Assembly: GCA_951406725.2 (NCBI GenBank)
Contig: OX597820.1
Location: 36,828,001-36,892,000 of the forward strand
Direction of reading: 5' to 3'
Length of the DNA stretch: 64,000 nucleotides
Source: Octopus vulgaris
Lineage: Eukaryota
A program made the position numbers and the translations under genes. The notes under the pieces were generated by a model. That model worked only from the letters and a program-made list of their open reading frames with translations. It made no database searches and was not told the origin of the DNA. Numbering within the stretch: the first letter of the stretch is position 1; each line of letters starts with the position of its first letter. Shown here one piece after another: positions 12,455-26,150 of the stretch.

Positions 12455-14400
12455 AGAGCCCGAATTCTGAAAATGTGGCTAATGGGGCTCTGGTATTGCA
12501 AGTCCCCAATGGTGGATCTGTTCCTAGTGAAGGCGGATGAGGACAATGCCATGCAAGCTAGCTATAAAGGTGGACTACAACAAACTGGAGTTCCAGCAGC
12601 TTGCCACAGGGAGCCTGCAAAAGGACCAGAAGGGCTGATCCCAAGATGGAGCATAGGATCTTATCCACCAACTCTGGCAGCTTGTTGCAGCAGAAGACAA
12701 GGGTCAATTATCTCGAGACTCCTCTTGCCATTGAAGACCCCTCGCCTTCTGTCAAGTACATGCAGCTGAGAGCTGTGCATCCTCTCTGGCATCTTAAACT
12801 TTTCACAGCACAAGCTTCGCCTTTCATCCTCTCTGCAAGTCCTGCGGCAATGGGATCATGTGGCAACGGGGGTAGACTAGGATGTAGTTGGAAGCCTCTA
12901 GTTGGAGTCCTGCACATAGGTAGCATAAGTAAGATGGTCATTGTTGGATGGACCCACGGACAAACATCCACCTCGGTCCTGCTTGTGCATCCAGCAACCC
13001 TTTTCAGGGACAGCACTGCCTGCCCCATATGGGGAAGGGCCTAGAAAATGTGGCTCACAAAAAGCTCATTCTCACTTGCTCGACTGGGTAACCAGTCCCA
13101 GTGAGTCATACCCAAACATGTGGTCGAAACCAAGCATCAAAATTGAGAGAGAAAAAGAAACCCTCGAACCTTATCCTTGCATGTTGGAATGTTCACACCC
13201 TCCTTGATGACGTTTCACATGATGAGCTGGACACTCGATGTCCCCCGCGATGCACTGCTATTGTAGCCACCAAACTCAAGCGTTATAATGTCGACAATGC
13301 TGCACTCAGTGAAACTCATTTCCCCGATAAGGGGAATATATATGAATAAGTATATATGAATAAACATATATGAATAAGTATCTTGTACTATCACCTTGTA
13401 CTATCCCTCACTGAAGAAGCTGGTGGATACACCTTCTGGAAAGGACATCCCTCTGGGATGCCCTGTTTGCATTGGGTTGGTTTCGCTATCAAGAACAACC
13501 TATTGGAGAAAATTCCTGGAATATCCTCCTGTATCAGCAAGCACCTGATGACAATCAAAATCCCACTTTTGAACAAACGTTTTCTAACAATTCTCAGCGT
13601 TTATGGACCAACTCTCAACTCTGACGAAGAGATAAAAGATGCCTTCTATGATTCTCTGCATACTGCATTTCGGAACATCTCCCGATCAGACAAGATCGTA
13701 CTCATGAGTGACTTCAACTCCCGTGTTGGGTGTGACAATACCACCTAGCAAGGGATCTTTGGTCTTCACGGTACAGGGAAAATGAACGCTAATGGACTGA
13801 GATTACTCACCTTCTGCTCCGAGTATGACCTGTGCATCACTAACACCCTCTTTAAACAGCAGGACATTTACAAGACATCATGGATGCACCTGCATTCCAG
13901 AAAGTGGCATCTCCTAGACTACATCATTGTCCGTTGTCAAGACATGGGTGATGTCCTCCATACTTGCACAGTGCATGGAGCAGATTGCTGGACGGACCAC
14001 AACCTTATCTACTCCAAGCTTAGAATCAACATTCAACTCCCTAGTCGACAGCATCAAAATGACTGAACACTACGAAACTGTATGATCCTGAGAATCGTGG
14101 CCTCTTTCAAGATCAGCTTGTCAGCAAATTGGATACTCTCCCACTCCCTGATCCTACCTCAGTAAACCATGAGAAGCTAGATGATATATGGAGCAAACAT
14201 ATCTCCCTGATCTTCTCGATCGCAACTGAACAACTAGGACACACTAGACGTCGCAATCCCGACTGGTTTGATGATTCTGCTGATGGGATCCTCCCTATTC
14301 TCAGAAGTAAAAACCAGGCTCATGATGCCTACCTCTCGAGCAGGTCCAACGCACACATCCAGAATTGGAAAGATCTTTGCTCGGAATGTCCTCAAGATAC
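12455..14400 (+). mobile_element. Decayed RTE-clade LINE, 5' UTR and APE endonuclease region
   Basis: Fragmented ORFs with CWNVHTL, AALSET, VGFAI, SVYGPT, MSDFNSRVG, LCITNTLF, WHLLDYIIV and CWTDH motifs. Confidence 0.85.
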
Positions 14401-14985
14401 ATCAAACTTTCATACATGTCAAACATTTGAAAGTCTAAGGAATATGAGAGTACAAAATGATAACTCTCAAAAGCTGCCTGCACACACATACCATTTTATT
14501 TTTACAAACAAAACTATTAGAAATGAAAGATGAATGGACGAATCTGCCTGTATTGAAACATCAATTCAAAGACAAATAAGTACTTCAGATTATAAGTACA
14601 ACAATTGTTGACTGTTCACAGTATCACAATACTGATAAATATTTCCACAACCAGACTCGTTATGAAAGTTAATCTGTTGAGAAGATCACACATTTAAATA
14701 AAGTTTAATTACAAAACATTGCAATACTTCATTTGTTATTTACACTAACTTTCTACCAGAGAAATTGTCACATTCAAAAGTGTAAATCTTTAACTCATTT
14801 TCATTACAGTAAAAAGTTTAAAAAATCTCCAACAAAGGTTTTTCAGGGAGAGACTATTGAGGTAAAGAAAATTAAATTTTGTCCATTTTCTTGTAATGTC
14901 CAATCATATTTCATCAAATTCTGTCCTAGAGGAATTCCTTTCAGTTTCATGAAGTAATAATTTGCACAAAGTCTTCCAAGTTATC

Positions 14986-16281
14986 CTATTGTTCTAAGGT
15001 TTGACTTCCATGTGACCTTTTCTTATGATTAGTTAAAATTCTATTCTCAGAGAAAGTTTTACCACAGATGTCACAATGATAGGGTTTCTCACCTGTGTGG
15101 ACAGGCCTGTGACGAGTTAAGCTTTGATTATCAGAATATGTTTTACCACAAATATCACAGCTATATGGTCTCTCACCTGTATGGCCACGTACATGAATTG
15201 TTAAATGACCTCTTTGAGAAAATGTCTTACCACAGATATCACAATTGTATGGTTTTTCACCTGTATGGACACGTACATGTTGAGTTAGATGACCATTTTG
15301 AGAGAATGTTTTACCACAAATATCACAGTGGTATGGTTTCTCACCTGTGTGTGTGCGTATGTGTCTAGTTAATGTACTATTGTCAGAGAATGTTTTCCCA
15401 CAGATATCACAGTGGTATGGGTTGTCACCTGTGTGTATGCGTATGTGGTTAGTTAAACCACTACTGTTAGAGAATGTTTTCCCACAGATATCACAGTAAA
15501 ATGGTTTATGTCCTGTGTGAACTTGCTTGTGACTAGTTAAACTACTGTATGCGGAGAAATTTTTCCCACAGACTGTACAATTGTATGGTCTCTCACCAGT
15601 ATGAATACGTACATGAAGTGTTAAGTGACTACTCCGAGAGAAGGATTTACCACAGATATCACAGTGAAATGGATTCTCACCTGTGTGAATACGTACATGT
15701 TCAGTTAAGTGACCATTCTGAGAGAATGTTTTCCCACAGATATCACAGTGGTATGGTTTCTCACCAGTATGCATGCGTATGTGTTTAGTTAATCCACTTC
15801 CATCAAAGAATCTTTTTCCACATATATCACATGGGTATGGTTTTTCACCAGTGTGCATACGAATGTGTTTGGTTAAGCTATTACTGTCAGAAAATGATTT
15901 CCCACAGATATCACAGTGGTATGGTTTTTCCCCTGTGTGCATTCGTATATGTCTAGTTAATGCACTATTGTCAGAGAATCTTTTCCCACAGACATCACAG
16001 TGGTATCGGTTGTCACCAGTGTGCATCCGAATGTGCCTACTCAATGTACTGCTACCAGAGAATGTTTTCCCACAGATATCACAGTGGTATGGGTTGTCAC
16101 CAGTGTGCACACGTATATGTCTAGTTAATGCACTGTTGTCAGAGAATCCTTTCCCACAAATATCACAGTGGAATGCTTTATCTCTGACTTGTTTGTGATT
16201 AGCTAACAAAGAGAAAATTTTCTCTTCAATATCACAATGGTATGGTTTCTCACCCATTTGAGTATCTTTATGATTAGTCAT
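14986..16281 (-). CDS. C2H2 zinc-finger protein Z2, 14 intact fingers
   Basis: 431-aa ORF; starts MTNHK, then one degenerate finger (CDIEEK), then 14 canonical fingers. Confidence 0.92.
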   Translation of the reverse strand: MTNHKDTQMGEKPYHCDIEEKIFSLLANHKQVRDKAFHCDICGKGFSDNSALTRHIRVHTGDNPYHCDICGKTFSGSSTLSRHIRMHTGDNRYHCDVCGKRFSDNSALTRHIRMHTGEKPYHCDICGKSFSDSNSLTKHIRMHTGEKPYPCDICGKRFFDGSGLTKHIRMHTGEKPYHCDICGKTFSQNGHLTEHVRIHTGENPFHCDICGKSFSRSSHLTLHVRIHTGERPYNCTVCGKNFSAYSSLTSHKQVHTGHKPFYCDICGKTFSNSSGLTNHIRIHTGDNPYHCDICGKTFSDNSTLTRHIRTHTGEKPYHCDICGKTFSQNGHLTQHVRVHTGEKPYNCDICGKTFSQRGHLTIHVRGHTGERPYSCDICGKTYSDNQSLTRHRPVHTGEKPYHCDICGKTFSENRILTNHKKRSHGSQTLEQ

Positions 16282-16860
<579 letters not shown>

Positions 16861-17620
16861 GGATCAAGATTTGTTCACATTTTCAGTGACTGAATTATAT
16901 ATTTATAAACTTGATTTTAATTTTGCTGCAACTTTTGGTAATGAACAATAGTTACTTGAGTACTTGATAACATTAGTTTTCTGTTTTTAAAAACTGACAA
17001 ATTACTTGAACTGGCAATTTCCATTTCAATGTCACCACAAACCCTGAAATAGAGAATATAAAGTAGAAAGGACAAAGCAAAATTGACATGGAGGTTATTA
17101 AAAAGGAGGGACTTGACCAAGGACATTGAATATTAAAATAACCAAGATCAGAAAATACTTACAGAAGCAAGACACAATAGTATGGATATATATTGGAAAT
17201 GGATGATGTAATGTGTAGATGTGGACTTTAGAAGGAAGATAATAATGGGATGCACAGATAGAGAAAACAGATCAAAATGATTTTAGTGGAAATTAAGTAT
17301 GAACAGATATTAACTGAAAAGACATTTATTTTTCAGACATCTACTAAACATATATGAATAAGTATCTTGTACTATCACCTTGGGTCAACCAAAGCTTTAT
17401 GAGTAGATTTGGCAATGAAACTGAAAGAAGCCTTTTGTGTATTTAATCATCATTTTAAGATCCAGTTTCCCATACTTACAGAATTTGTTGAAGCAGATTT
17501 TCTATGGCCAGATATGTTTTTCATGGAAGAGTGGAAGCAAATGGAACAGCATGCGTCATGGTGACATAATGCAATATCAAGACAAGAATGCACAAAGTAC
17601 ACATACACACATATATATAA

Positions 17621-17944
17621 GGCACAGGTGTGGCTCTGATAAGAAGATTGCTTCCCAACCACATGGTTCCAGGTTCAGTCTCACTGTAGACAAGTGTCTT
17701 TTACTGCAGCCTTGGACCAACTAAAGCATTGTGAGTGAATTTGGTAGACAGAAACTGAAAGAAGCCCATCGTATATATACATGTGTGTGTGTGTGTGTGT
17801 GTTTGTCCCCACCACCATTACTTGACAATCGATGTTGGTGTGTTTACGTTCCCATAACTTAGAGGTTTGGTAACAGAGATCAAAACCCTTTAAGGCAGTG
17901 CTCCAGCATGACAACAGTCAAATAACTGAAACAAGTAAAAGAAT
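17621..17944 (+). mobile_element. tRNA-derived SINE (octopus OR-like family)
   Basis: B-box-like ggttcagtc, gaaactgaaagaagcc, (TG)n and tgctccagcatg...ctgaaacaagtaaaaga tail. Confidence 0.8.
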
Positions 17945-18220
17945 ATATATATATATATACATACATATTGCACACCCATGATTGCAAGTTCATGGTTTTG
18001 ATTTCCATATCAGTAGTGCATTGTGTTCTTGAGCAAAAAACTTCATTTCACATTGCATCAGTCCACTCAGCTGTAAATGGATAATCTAGTAGCAGGCCAC
18101 ATCATTCAGCAGGGTGACGTTGTTTGAAAGCTACAGCAATACAAGGAAGTGTACTGTGATCAGCAGTGTATAACATCCAATAATCTGGTCAATACAGTGA
18201 TATACATACATATATATATT

Positions 18221-18602
18221 CTTTTATTCTTTTACATGACTGCAGCCATGCTGGAGCACTGCCTTAAAAGGTTTTTTTTTTGGTCAAAGAAATCAACCCA
18301 GAACTTATTCTTTGTAGGCCTAGTACTTATTCTATTGGTCTTTTTTTTTGTCAACTGCTAAGTTATGGGGACATAAACACACCAGCATCAGTTGTCAAAC
18401 AACGACAGGGGGACAAACACAGACACACACACACTTATATATTGGGAATCTTTCAGTTTCCATCAACTAAATCCATTCACAAGGCTTTGGTTGGCTTCAG
18501 GCTATAGTAGAAGACACTTCTCCAAGGTACCATGCAGTGGGATTGAACCCAGAACCATGTGGTTGGGAAGCAAGCTTCTTACCACACAGCTACACCTGAG
18601 CC
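18221..18602 (-). mobile_element. tRNA-derived SINE, same family, opposite orientation
   Basis: Reverse-complement match to 17621-17944 and 30706-31097. Confidence 0.8.
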
Positions 18603-18636
<34 letters not shown>

Positions 18637-18796
18637 TTTCAGCCACATATGTACACATTCTCATAGGAAAAGATATTTACTCAAAATAGTCATATTATTC
18701 AACATAAATTATTTCATACAGCTTCAATAGTTTACCATTATGAAATTCAAAGAAAAATGCCCATTAGAAACAGTTCCTTGTTTTTACACAAATATA

Positions 18797-18924
18797 TCAT
18801 CATCATCGTTTAACGTCCGCTTTCCATGCTGGCATGGGTTGGACGATTTGACTGAGGACTGGCGAACCAGATGGCTGTACCAGGCTCCAATCTGATCTGG
18901 CAGAGTTTCCACATCTGGATGCCT
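18797..18924 (-). mobile_element. RTE-related SINE 3' fragment
   Basis: (cat)n-cgtttaacgtccgctttccatgctggcatgggttggac is the reverse complement of the family tail. Confidence 0.75.
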
Positions 18925-21900
18925 TTGTTAGGAAAACCTCTGATGAAATAGATGATATAGATTGTTGTGTATGACAATATAACCATTCACGATTTAAAAT
19001 ACTCGTGAATGGGACTAAAAATTAAATGTGACCAACATTCTTTCGTTTTATGATAGCTGAACGAATGCGGAAAAGTATCGTGAATAATTGACATTAAAAA
19101 TTTTGAATATCATTTTTTTTTTTATCAGTACTGCAATATTGTAATCTATTGTACTCTCCGTAATTTTAAGAGTTGACGCTAAAAAAAAAAAACAATATCG
19201 AAAAATGTTGAAAGCAGAAAAATTCAAGAAAAGAATTCAAAATTTGAAAAATTATTTCTGGTAAAATTGTAGGGTCTTTTCTGTACACCAAATTTGGAAA
19301 CAACTAAAACACTATTATAAAAAAAAGTATGACAGCAACAGAAGATCTAAATCGTAATCTCCGTTGTTAAAAACACGAATCTGGAGAAATAACTTCATTT
19401 GGTGGAGGGAGAGAATGGAGAGGAAGGTTTTATCCAACAAGTCCGCCCGATCATTGTTGAATAGTGTCATTATTTCCACTTTCATTTTCCAATCATAAAA
19501 TGAAATAATACCATATAACACATAAATAATTTTTTAATGTGCTTACTTAGCATGTCTAATCAAAGATAACCAAGACTGGAAGCCACAATAAAATGATAGC
19601 AAACAGAATTGTTCAAATTCGGTTTTTAAAAACATGTTTATCATTATTGATTATATACGATGTATAACATCAACACCCAGTATAAACTGGGTATTGATGT
19701 GTTCCTATTTCTTTAAAGTGAATATAATTAAACACACTGAACACAAGAAAAACATATTTTATATACACATAGAGGCTTAATCAAAAGAGAAACTCAACTC
19801 TGGATATCCAAAATATCGACTGCAATTGATTTAGTTCAAGCGAGATTTAGCTGACAGAAAAACGATGCAGAACATTGTGATAATACGTCGTAATTAATAA
19901 ATAAACTTCAATGTCACCGTGTATAGTGTTGCTAAATAGTTTCTCAAACAGAACATCACCAACGGCTATTTTCTTTTTCTTTTCTTTTTTTAGATAAAAA
20001 TTTAAACCTGGATGTAAATAACACCTCACCATTAATATTGTAGGCTGCTAGAACAGATGTTTTCACAAAAATACTAAAACATTGTATTCAATAATTAGCT
20101 AGTAATAATAGATCAACATACCGTTTTCTTTCTGTCTTCTTTCATTATTTGGTGTAATAATATTGAGACATGAACAGATTTGAGGGCAATTAACGGACAT
20201 TATTAGTACACAAATATACCAACAAACTCAATTAGTGAACAGCAGTGATAATACAGCCCAAACTAACCGATACAGATACATTAGTATAAATTCTTCAGCC
20301 ATACTTTCACAAAATGGGTTGTTTATCCATTCTCTACTATGTTATATACATGGAAGGAATGGTATGTATAAAATACTATGATTCTAAAAAATCAGCATCC
20401 AAGTTTTTTTTACGTAAATCATTCTGGGTTTGGATTAATTACATCCTAACTGAAAGAGCTAAAAGCGAAGTTAACCTTATAGTGGGATGAGGGGGAGGTG
20501 GCAAAATAAGGTGCTTTTACTGCATTTTTGACTTGAGACAAAATATATATTTTACAAATGTTCCCTACCTAAGCAAATGACCTTCCCTAAATTCATTAAA
20601 AGCATAATAACGTAATCTGATCTCAATTTCAAAAATTCTCGCCATTCTCTTTGAGCATATAAAAGACAATTTTGGCTGGGGCAAAATGAGTAAGCCAAGA
20701 TAAAATAAATTTGCCACTTCAGTTTTCCAGAAAACTGACTCATACACATCCAATATCCATCAGAAAGATCAGAAATATAAAAAATAATAATAATAATAAT
20801 AATAATATCTAGGTCAAAGGAAAGAGGATCAGGGAAAATGGCACATGATATGAAATTAACAAATCTCAACTAAATATAGAAAAAGCCTCAACATAAAATA
20901 TTATCTATAGCTTCAACACGATCTGCTAGAGAGTCCTCTTTGTGATATAACTACTCACCATGCAGTTCAGGAGAAGAAATTATTGGAATTAGACATTGCT
21001 CATTTTACCTCATGTCTATGCATCATGTTTTGAAACTTGAAAATTATTAAACTAGACATTCGTGTGCAAAAAAATTGACTTGGAATCCAAGAGAGAAGAA
21101 TATTGATTGTTAAACACTGAAAATTATCCAGATATTTTGTTAGCAACCTCAATTACAATCAAGTCAAATTTGAGGAAAAATTTCTTGATAAGAGGACCTA
21201 CCAACTGGCTATGTGTCAGACTCTCTCAACTTCAACAGCAACAACTGTGCTGATCAATTTTTGCTTATGATGCAACAGTGCAAAATAACCTGCAACAGTT
21301 AGTTCTTAGGAAGGGTGTAATGCGCTTGTTCGGGATCACCACTTGTAATGGTAAAAATTTGTTGTTATAATTGCATACTGTAGGATGTGAAAGATGAACA
21401 ATGCATGAAGTTTTAAGAAAGTATTTATTTACCGTTACGTTGAAAAATACCATACCTCAACAGGCAGGTTATAACATTGGAGAGCATGCAAAAGAAAGTT
21501 AAATGTGGTAGAATTTTTTTTTGTATAGTTTGGTGTACACAAATTGTTAGTAGTAATTCACAGATAGCGATAGATGATGTTGTAAGAGAGCAGAATTAGA
21601 GCTAGTGAAAGTTGTAGGGTTGTGGGACATTGTCTCACAGTTGCTGACAGTAAATTTAATTTCTCTCGCTGACCATTATCTTTAGTAGCTGCATTCCTTG
21701 TGATCATGATTCTAGCAGTCCATTCCCTAACTAATTGAGTCATCACGAGCCGCCTCGCTCAATTGTCGCCAAGTGACTGCTTGGTTGAGTCATCACCATG
21801 TGACTAGACTCATTGAGACTTCACAGACTGATTTTTGCTTGGGGTATTCTTGCTTTTATAACTATCCAGTTTAGACATATCATTGGGAACAATAGATTTA

Positions 21901-22132
21901 GTTGGTGGTCTTGTTATCTCTATTCTAGCTTTTGGTGAAGTAGAAGAGGTTAGAAAGGGTCAAGTGGTGAAGACATTATTTTGGCCTAGCTAAAGGCATC
22001 TGGAAAACGTAAAATTGCTGTCAGAGAAAAACAATTGTTCCACAGTGGGAAAAGTTCTGTTGCTGTTGTTAATTTAAATTTGGCTATGGTGGATCGAATC
22101 CACTTCATGCATGCAAGATCCACTACAAATCT

Positions 22133-22331
22133 TTTCTACTCTAGGCACAAGGCCCAAAATTTTGGGGGTAGGGACCAGTCAATTATATTGACCCAGTATA
22201 CAACTGGTATTTAATTTATCGATCCCAAAAAGATAAAAGGCAAAGTCAACCTCAGAAAAATTTGTACTCAGAACAATAAGACAGACGAAATATTGCTAAG
22301 CATTTCACCCGGCATGCTAACATTTATGCCT
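22133..22331 (-). mobile_element. Second tRNA-derived SINE family; related copies near 48845-49020 (-), 53385-53500 (+), 60170-60360 (-), 62270-62460 (+)
   Basis: Shared ggcacaaggccc..aattttggggg..gacccagt..aaaggcaaagtcaacc..gctaagcattt blocks. Confidence 0.7.
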
Positions 22332-22984
22332 TGCAGCAGTGGAAAATAATGAAAATTCAGAAGTTATTCATTAGGAAATTTCAGTTGACTGAGGATTTTT
22401 TTACTTATATTATTCAGTACTCCACAACTTAAATTATTTCTAAATTCATGGCATTGGTCTTCTTGAGTTATTTCCCATAGCTTGCTTTAGGTAAACTTCT
22501 ACTCACCCTAAATCTATTTCTATATGTAAAAATCCTTGTTGTCGAATGATAAATCAGGTTCAACTTTGACCACTGTCCAATAATTTTGAAACAAGGTCAT
22601 ACCAGTCACCTTATGAGATTTTCCATTAAATATGTAAATTTTGTGAAGGTGAGTTTTGATTTCTTGTATCTCTTTTTATTTGACAGTTGTTGACAATTAT
22701 CTCCCGGTTTGTTTTCTTTCTCCAACTAAAAAGAAATTTCTATTTATTGAGAAATTTTTCCATATATCACTTATTTATTACACTGTAGGCATTTGGTATT
22801 GATCAAATTGAGGTTTATTGTTTCTCTATAAATCCACAAGAAGAACTGCTGACACTCTATTCAAACAATTAGTCTTAAAACAGTAATAAATTTTTCTCTT
22901 GCTCTCCCTCAAAAAAGATATTCCAGAAGATACAGACCTGTAGTGAAGTTCAGGTTAATACATAATTAAGTCAACACTATGATA

Positions 22985-23830
22985 CTTACATCATTTACAT
23001 TTGATGGATACTTGTCCTCATCCTGTTTGTTGTTAACACAAACAAAATGAGGACAGCCTTCATCAGGTGTCTTGGGGAAATTTTGAACCTGGTCTCATTC
23101 CTAAGGTATTTTTCAATGTTATTATTTTTATTATTATTATTATTATTCAGGTCACAGCTCTGAATCAAAATCTTAGGGTTAATAGCCTGTGCTCTTAGCT
23201 ACTATGCTATATGCTTGTGGGCAATTATAGAGGGAATTTTAGGGCTTATAAATCTAATATTCTCCTATCCTTCCTTAATACCAGTTCCCATATGCTATTC
23301 ATATCTGCATTTGGTCTGCCTGTCCTAGCATATGTGCTGCTTCTTTTAGTTTTCATATTTTCCACTGGTGTTCTCTGTTTATTATTTTAACTTCACTCCA
23401 CAGTGGAAGGTGGTCTCCATTTCTCCATACATGATCAGCTATACCCGATTAATCAATATCTCCTCATGTCACAGCTTTGCAATGTTCCTCTACACTTTTT
23501 TTGCGGGGGCAGCATGTTTCGCCTTTGTATAACCTACCACAGCTGCATGGGATGGAGTACAAATTTTTGGTCATATTCTCTTCTATTGGTGATTTTACTT
23601 GAAGGAGATATTTGCGAAGTGTTCTATTACTCTTGAATACTGTCCTGATGTCATATGGGCCACATATCTTTCGTATCTTTTTGGAGAGGCCTTTCACATA
23701 GGGTAGACAGACTGTGGACAGTTTATTGATTTCGTCCTCTCTTTTCTTCATAATTGGAATGGATAGTATATTTTTGGGGGTAGTTGTTGCTTGATAGATT
23801 GTTACTGAGCTGTGGCATTTCATTACACAA
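22985..23830 (-). mobile_element. Penelope-like element 3' fragment (GIY-YIG endonuclease region and pseudo-LTR)
   Basis: LPYVKGLSKKIRKIC...YSIPCSCGRLYKGET matches the Penelope linker/GIY-YIG pattern; CTGATGA downstream on the minus strand at 23060-23066. Confidence 0.85.
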
Positions 23831-26150
23831 TCATACTCTGTAGAATGATTACTTGGCCCTAAAACATATTTCTATGAAACCTAGCATTACTAGGGCCAAT
23901 CAGGAAACTTTTATATGGTCACATAATCTACAAGAAATTGCAACCAATCTTCCTCAAATTCTACCTTACCTTCATAAAATCAAATATATCCAATGTAAAA
24001 AAAAATCCTGAAATTTCACAATACCATCATTCTTTGTACAAGAGTTACTTGGCTGTAAAATTTATTCCTTACAGCTGCCATTTCCTTAAACTTAGTATTG
24101 CAACTATTTCTCCAACTCACAAAAATTAAACCTCATTTTAAACTACATATCCTTTTTCGTGAGTTCTACTAATAAAATAATGAGGTAGTCATAGTGACCA
24201 TAATGGGTTATAATTACAAAGCTCAGCTTTTTATCCAACTTTCTGGGCTGACATCTCGCTACTACTCTGATGAAGGCATTAGAACTACTCCATTCCTCTC
24301 CAATGAATCTACCTCATTTCTTTTGTTAACCATTTTCCTCCTGTATTATGATTTAGTTCTTCAATGTTTTGATATATATGCAATACTTGAACACACCACC
24401 AGTGTCACTGGGTATTCTGGATCTTAAAACATACATCCTCATCCAGGCAATCCAACCTTAATTGATCAAGCCTAAGGTAAACAGCATTCTACTGACACCA
24501 TTAACCATCTCTTTTCAACTAGAACCATCTAGACACTTTCTCAACAGCTATATTGTTCTTGATGATTCTTTTGCTTGTTCCTGTAATACCCAGATTTTCA
24601 TAGGCCTGACTTATAGTATGAACTGTAAACCCTCAGCTGCCAAGCTCCATTGGCAAAAACCTTGTTTTTCACCCACTCTTACAGCAATCCTCCACCAACT
24701 TCGGGTAATTGGCTCTCTTCTACTCATGTGCCTCCTGCATCCTCTCTTTCTAGGGCATAATTAATTCCAATAGGACTAACAATCTCTCAGTCAGTTTTCT
24801 CAAGTGTCACACATCAAATTTGTCATCCCTTTCTTCTAAATTTTCTGTCTCTACAGTCAACAATTCGTAAAATCAGTTAACTAATTACTTAACACAAAAG
24901 TAAACTAAAACCAGTGAATGTGTTATTATTGGCAGAACGGTGCTCCCAAAATACATCAACACATCAGAAATCTTGTAAAGCAGATACAAAAGTGACGTAT
25001 TTTTGTCTCTGTGTAACCAGCCTGGATATTAATGTTAACCCAGAATATATCAGTAGAGACTATCACACATCTATATAAAGTTTAATAATAAATTATAACA
25101 ACACTTCAACTGTTACTTATTCTAATTTCTACAAATTACCTTCATCATCATCATCATCATCATCATCATTTAATGTCCATTGTTCATGTTGGCATGGGTT
25201 AGACGGTTTGACCAGGGCTGGCAAGCTTGAAGGCTGCACCAGACTCCAGTTGGATTTGACATTGTTTCTATGGTTGGATGCCCTTCCTAACACCACCTTG
25301 ACACATGTAAATCTATATTCAATTTCATTACTATGTTTCTGAATATTCTAGAAAAAAGTTAAAAGAAATTTCAAGCTTATGCTTGAGAAAGGAAGATGAT
25401 AAAACTATATAAAAACATTGCAAATAGGTGAAATTTAAAAAAAATTAAACTGTGAATAATTTATTGAAGAATTTCTCAACTATGGAGAATATCTGGCTGG
25501 TGTGGTATGATGAAATAGATTGTTTTAAAAAAGTTAGGCATACAGGGTATCCAAAAGTTATCTTTATAACTATTACATTAAAGTTGAGCTCCATCAATCA
25601 ACTTATTTGCATGTTAAATAAATATCAGTGAAATTTTAATTTATGTACTTTGTTTTAATATTTAAATTAATTTCCTTTGTCTTTAAAGATGCTTATTATA
25701 TACTATTTTTCATTTCTTACTGAATCTTTCAAATTGTAATGGTAATTTATAAACAACCTGTATTAAATATTAAAACAGTTATTTATAATTTTCCATATAA
25801 TCAATTATTATACTCTGATATATTCACATTAGCATCCTCATCTTGGTTGTTATTGTCACAATGTTTTGGATGATGTAACCTCCAACCTATTTCAAGTGTC
25901 TGTCATATTCAGTTACATATAATAGATTATTCTTATGCTGTTGTTCAAAGACATTCTCCTACATCTGATACTGCAAGATCAGTCTTCATAAACCAGAGAT
26001 TAGCTGGAGTTTAGCTGAATTCAGCTAAACTACGAAAGAGAAAAAGAAAGTTTATACTTCCTAATTTCCACTAACTATTTGTCCAATGGGATAACACAAT
26101 AATGAATATAATCATTAAGTGCTAACTGTAATAGTTTTGCGGGTGATTTA

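Larger units (their letters stand above)
17044..20121 (-). other. Predicted 5'-UTR intron of Z2
   Basis: GTATGT donor (20116-20121) and TTTCAG acceptor (AG at 17044-17045) at paralog-conserved positions. Confidence 0.7.

Noticed and set aside
12455-12570. HDV-like ribozyme at the 5' end of the RTE element (agagccc/gggctct-gg stem)
   Set aside because: A P1-like stem is present, but I could not find P2/P3/L3 with the pyrimidines needed for P1.1.
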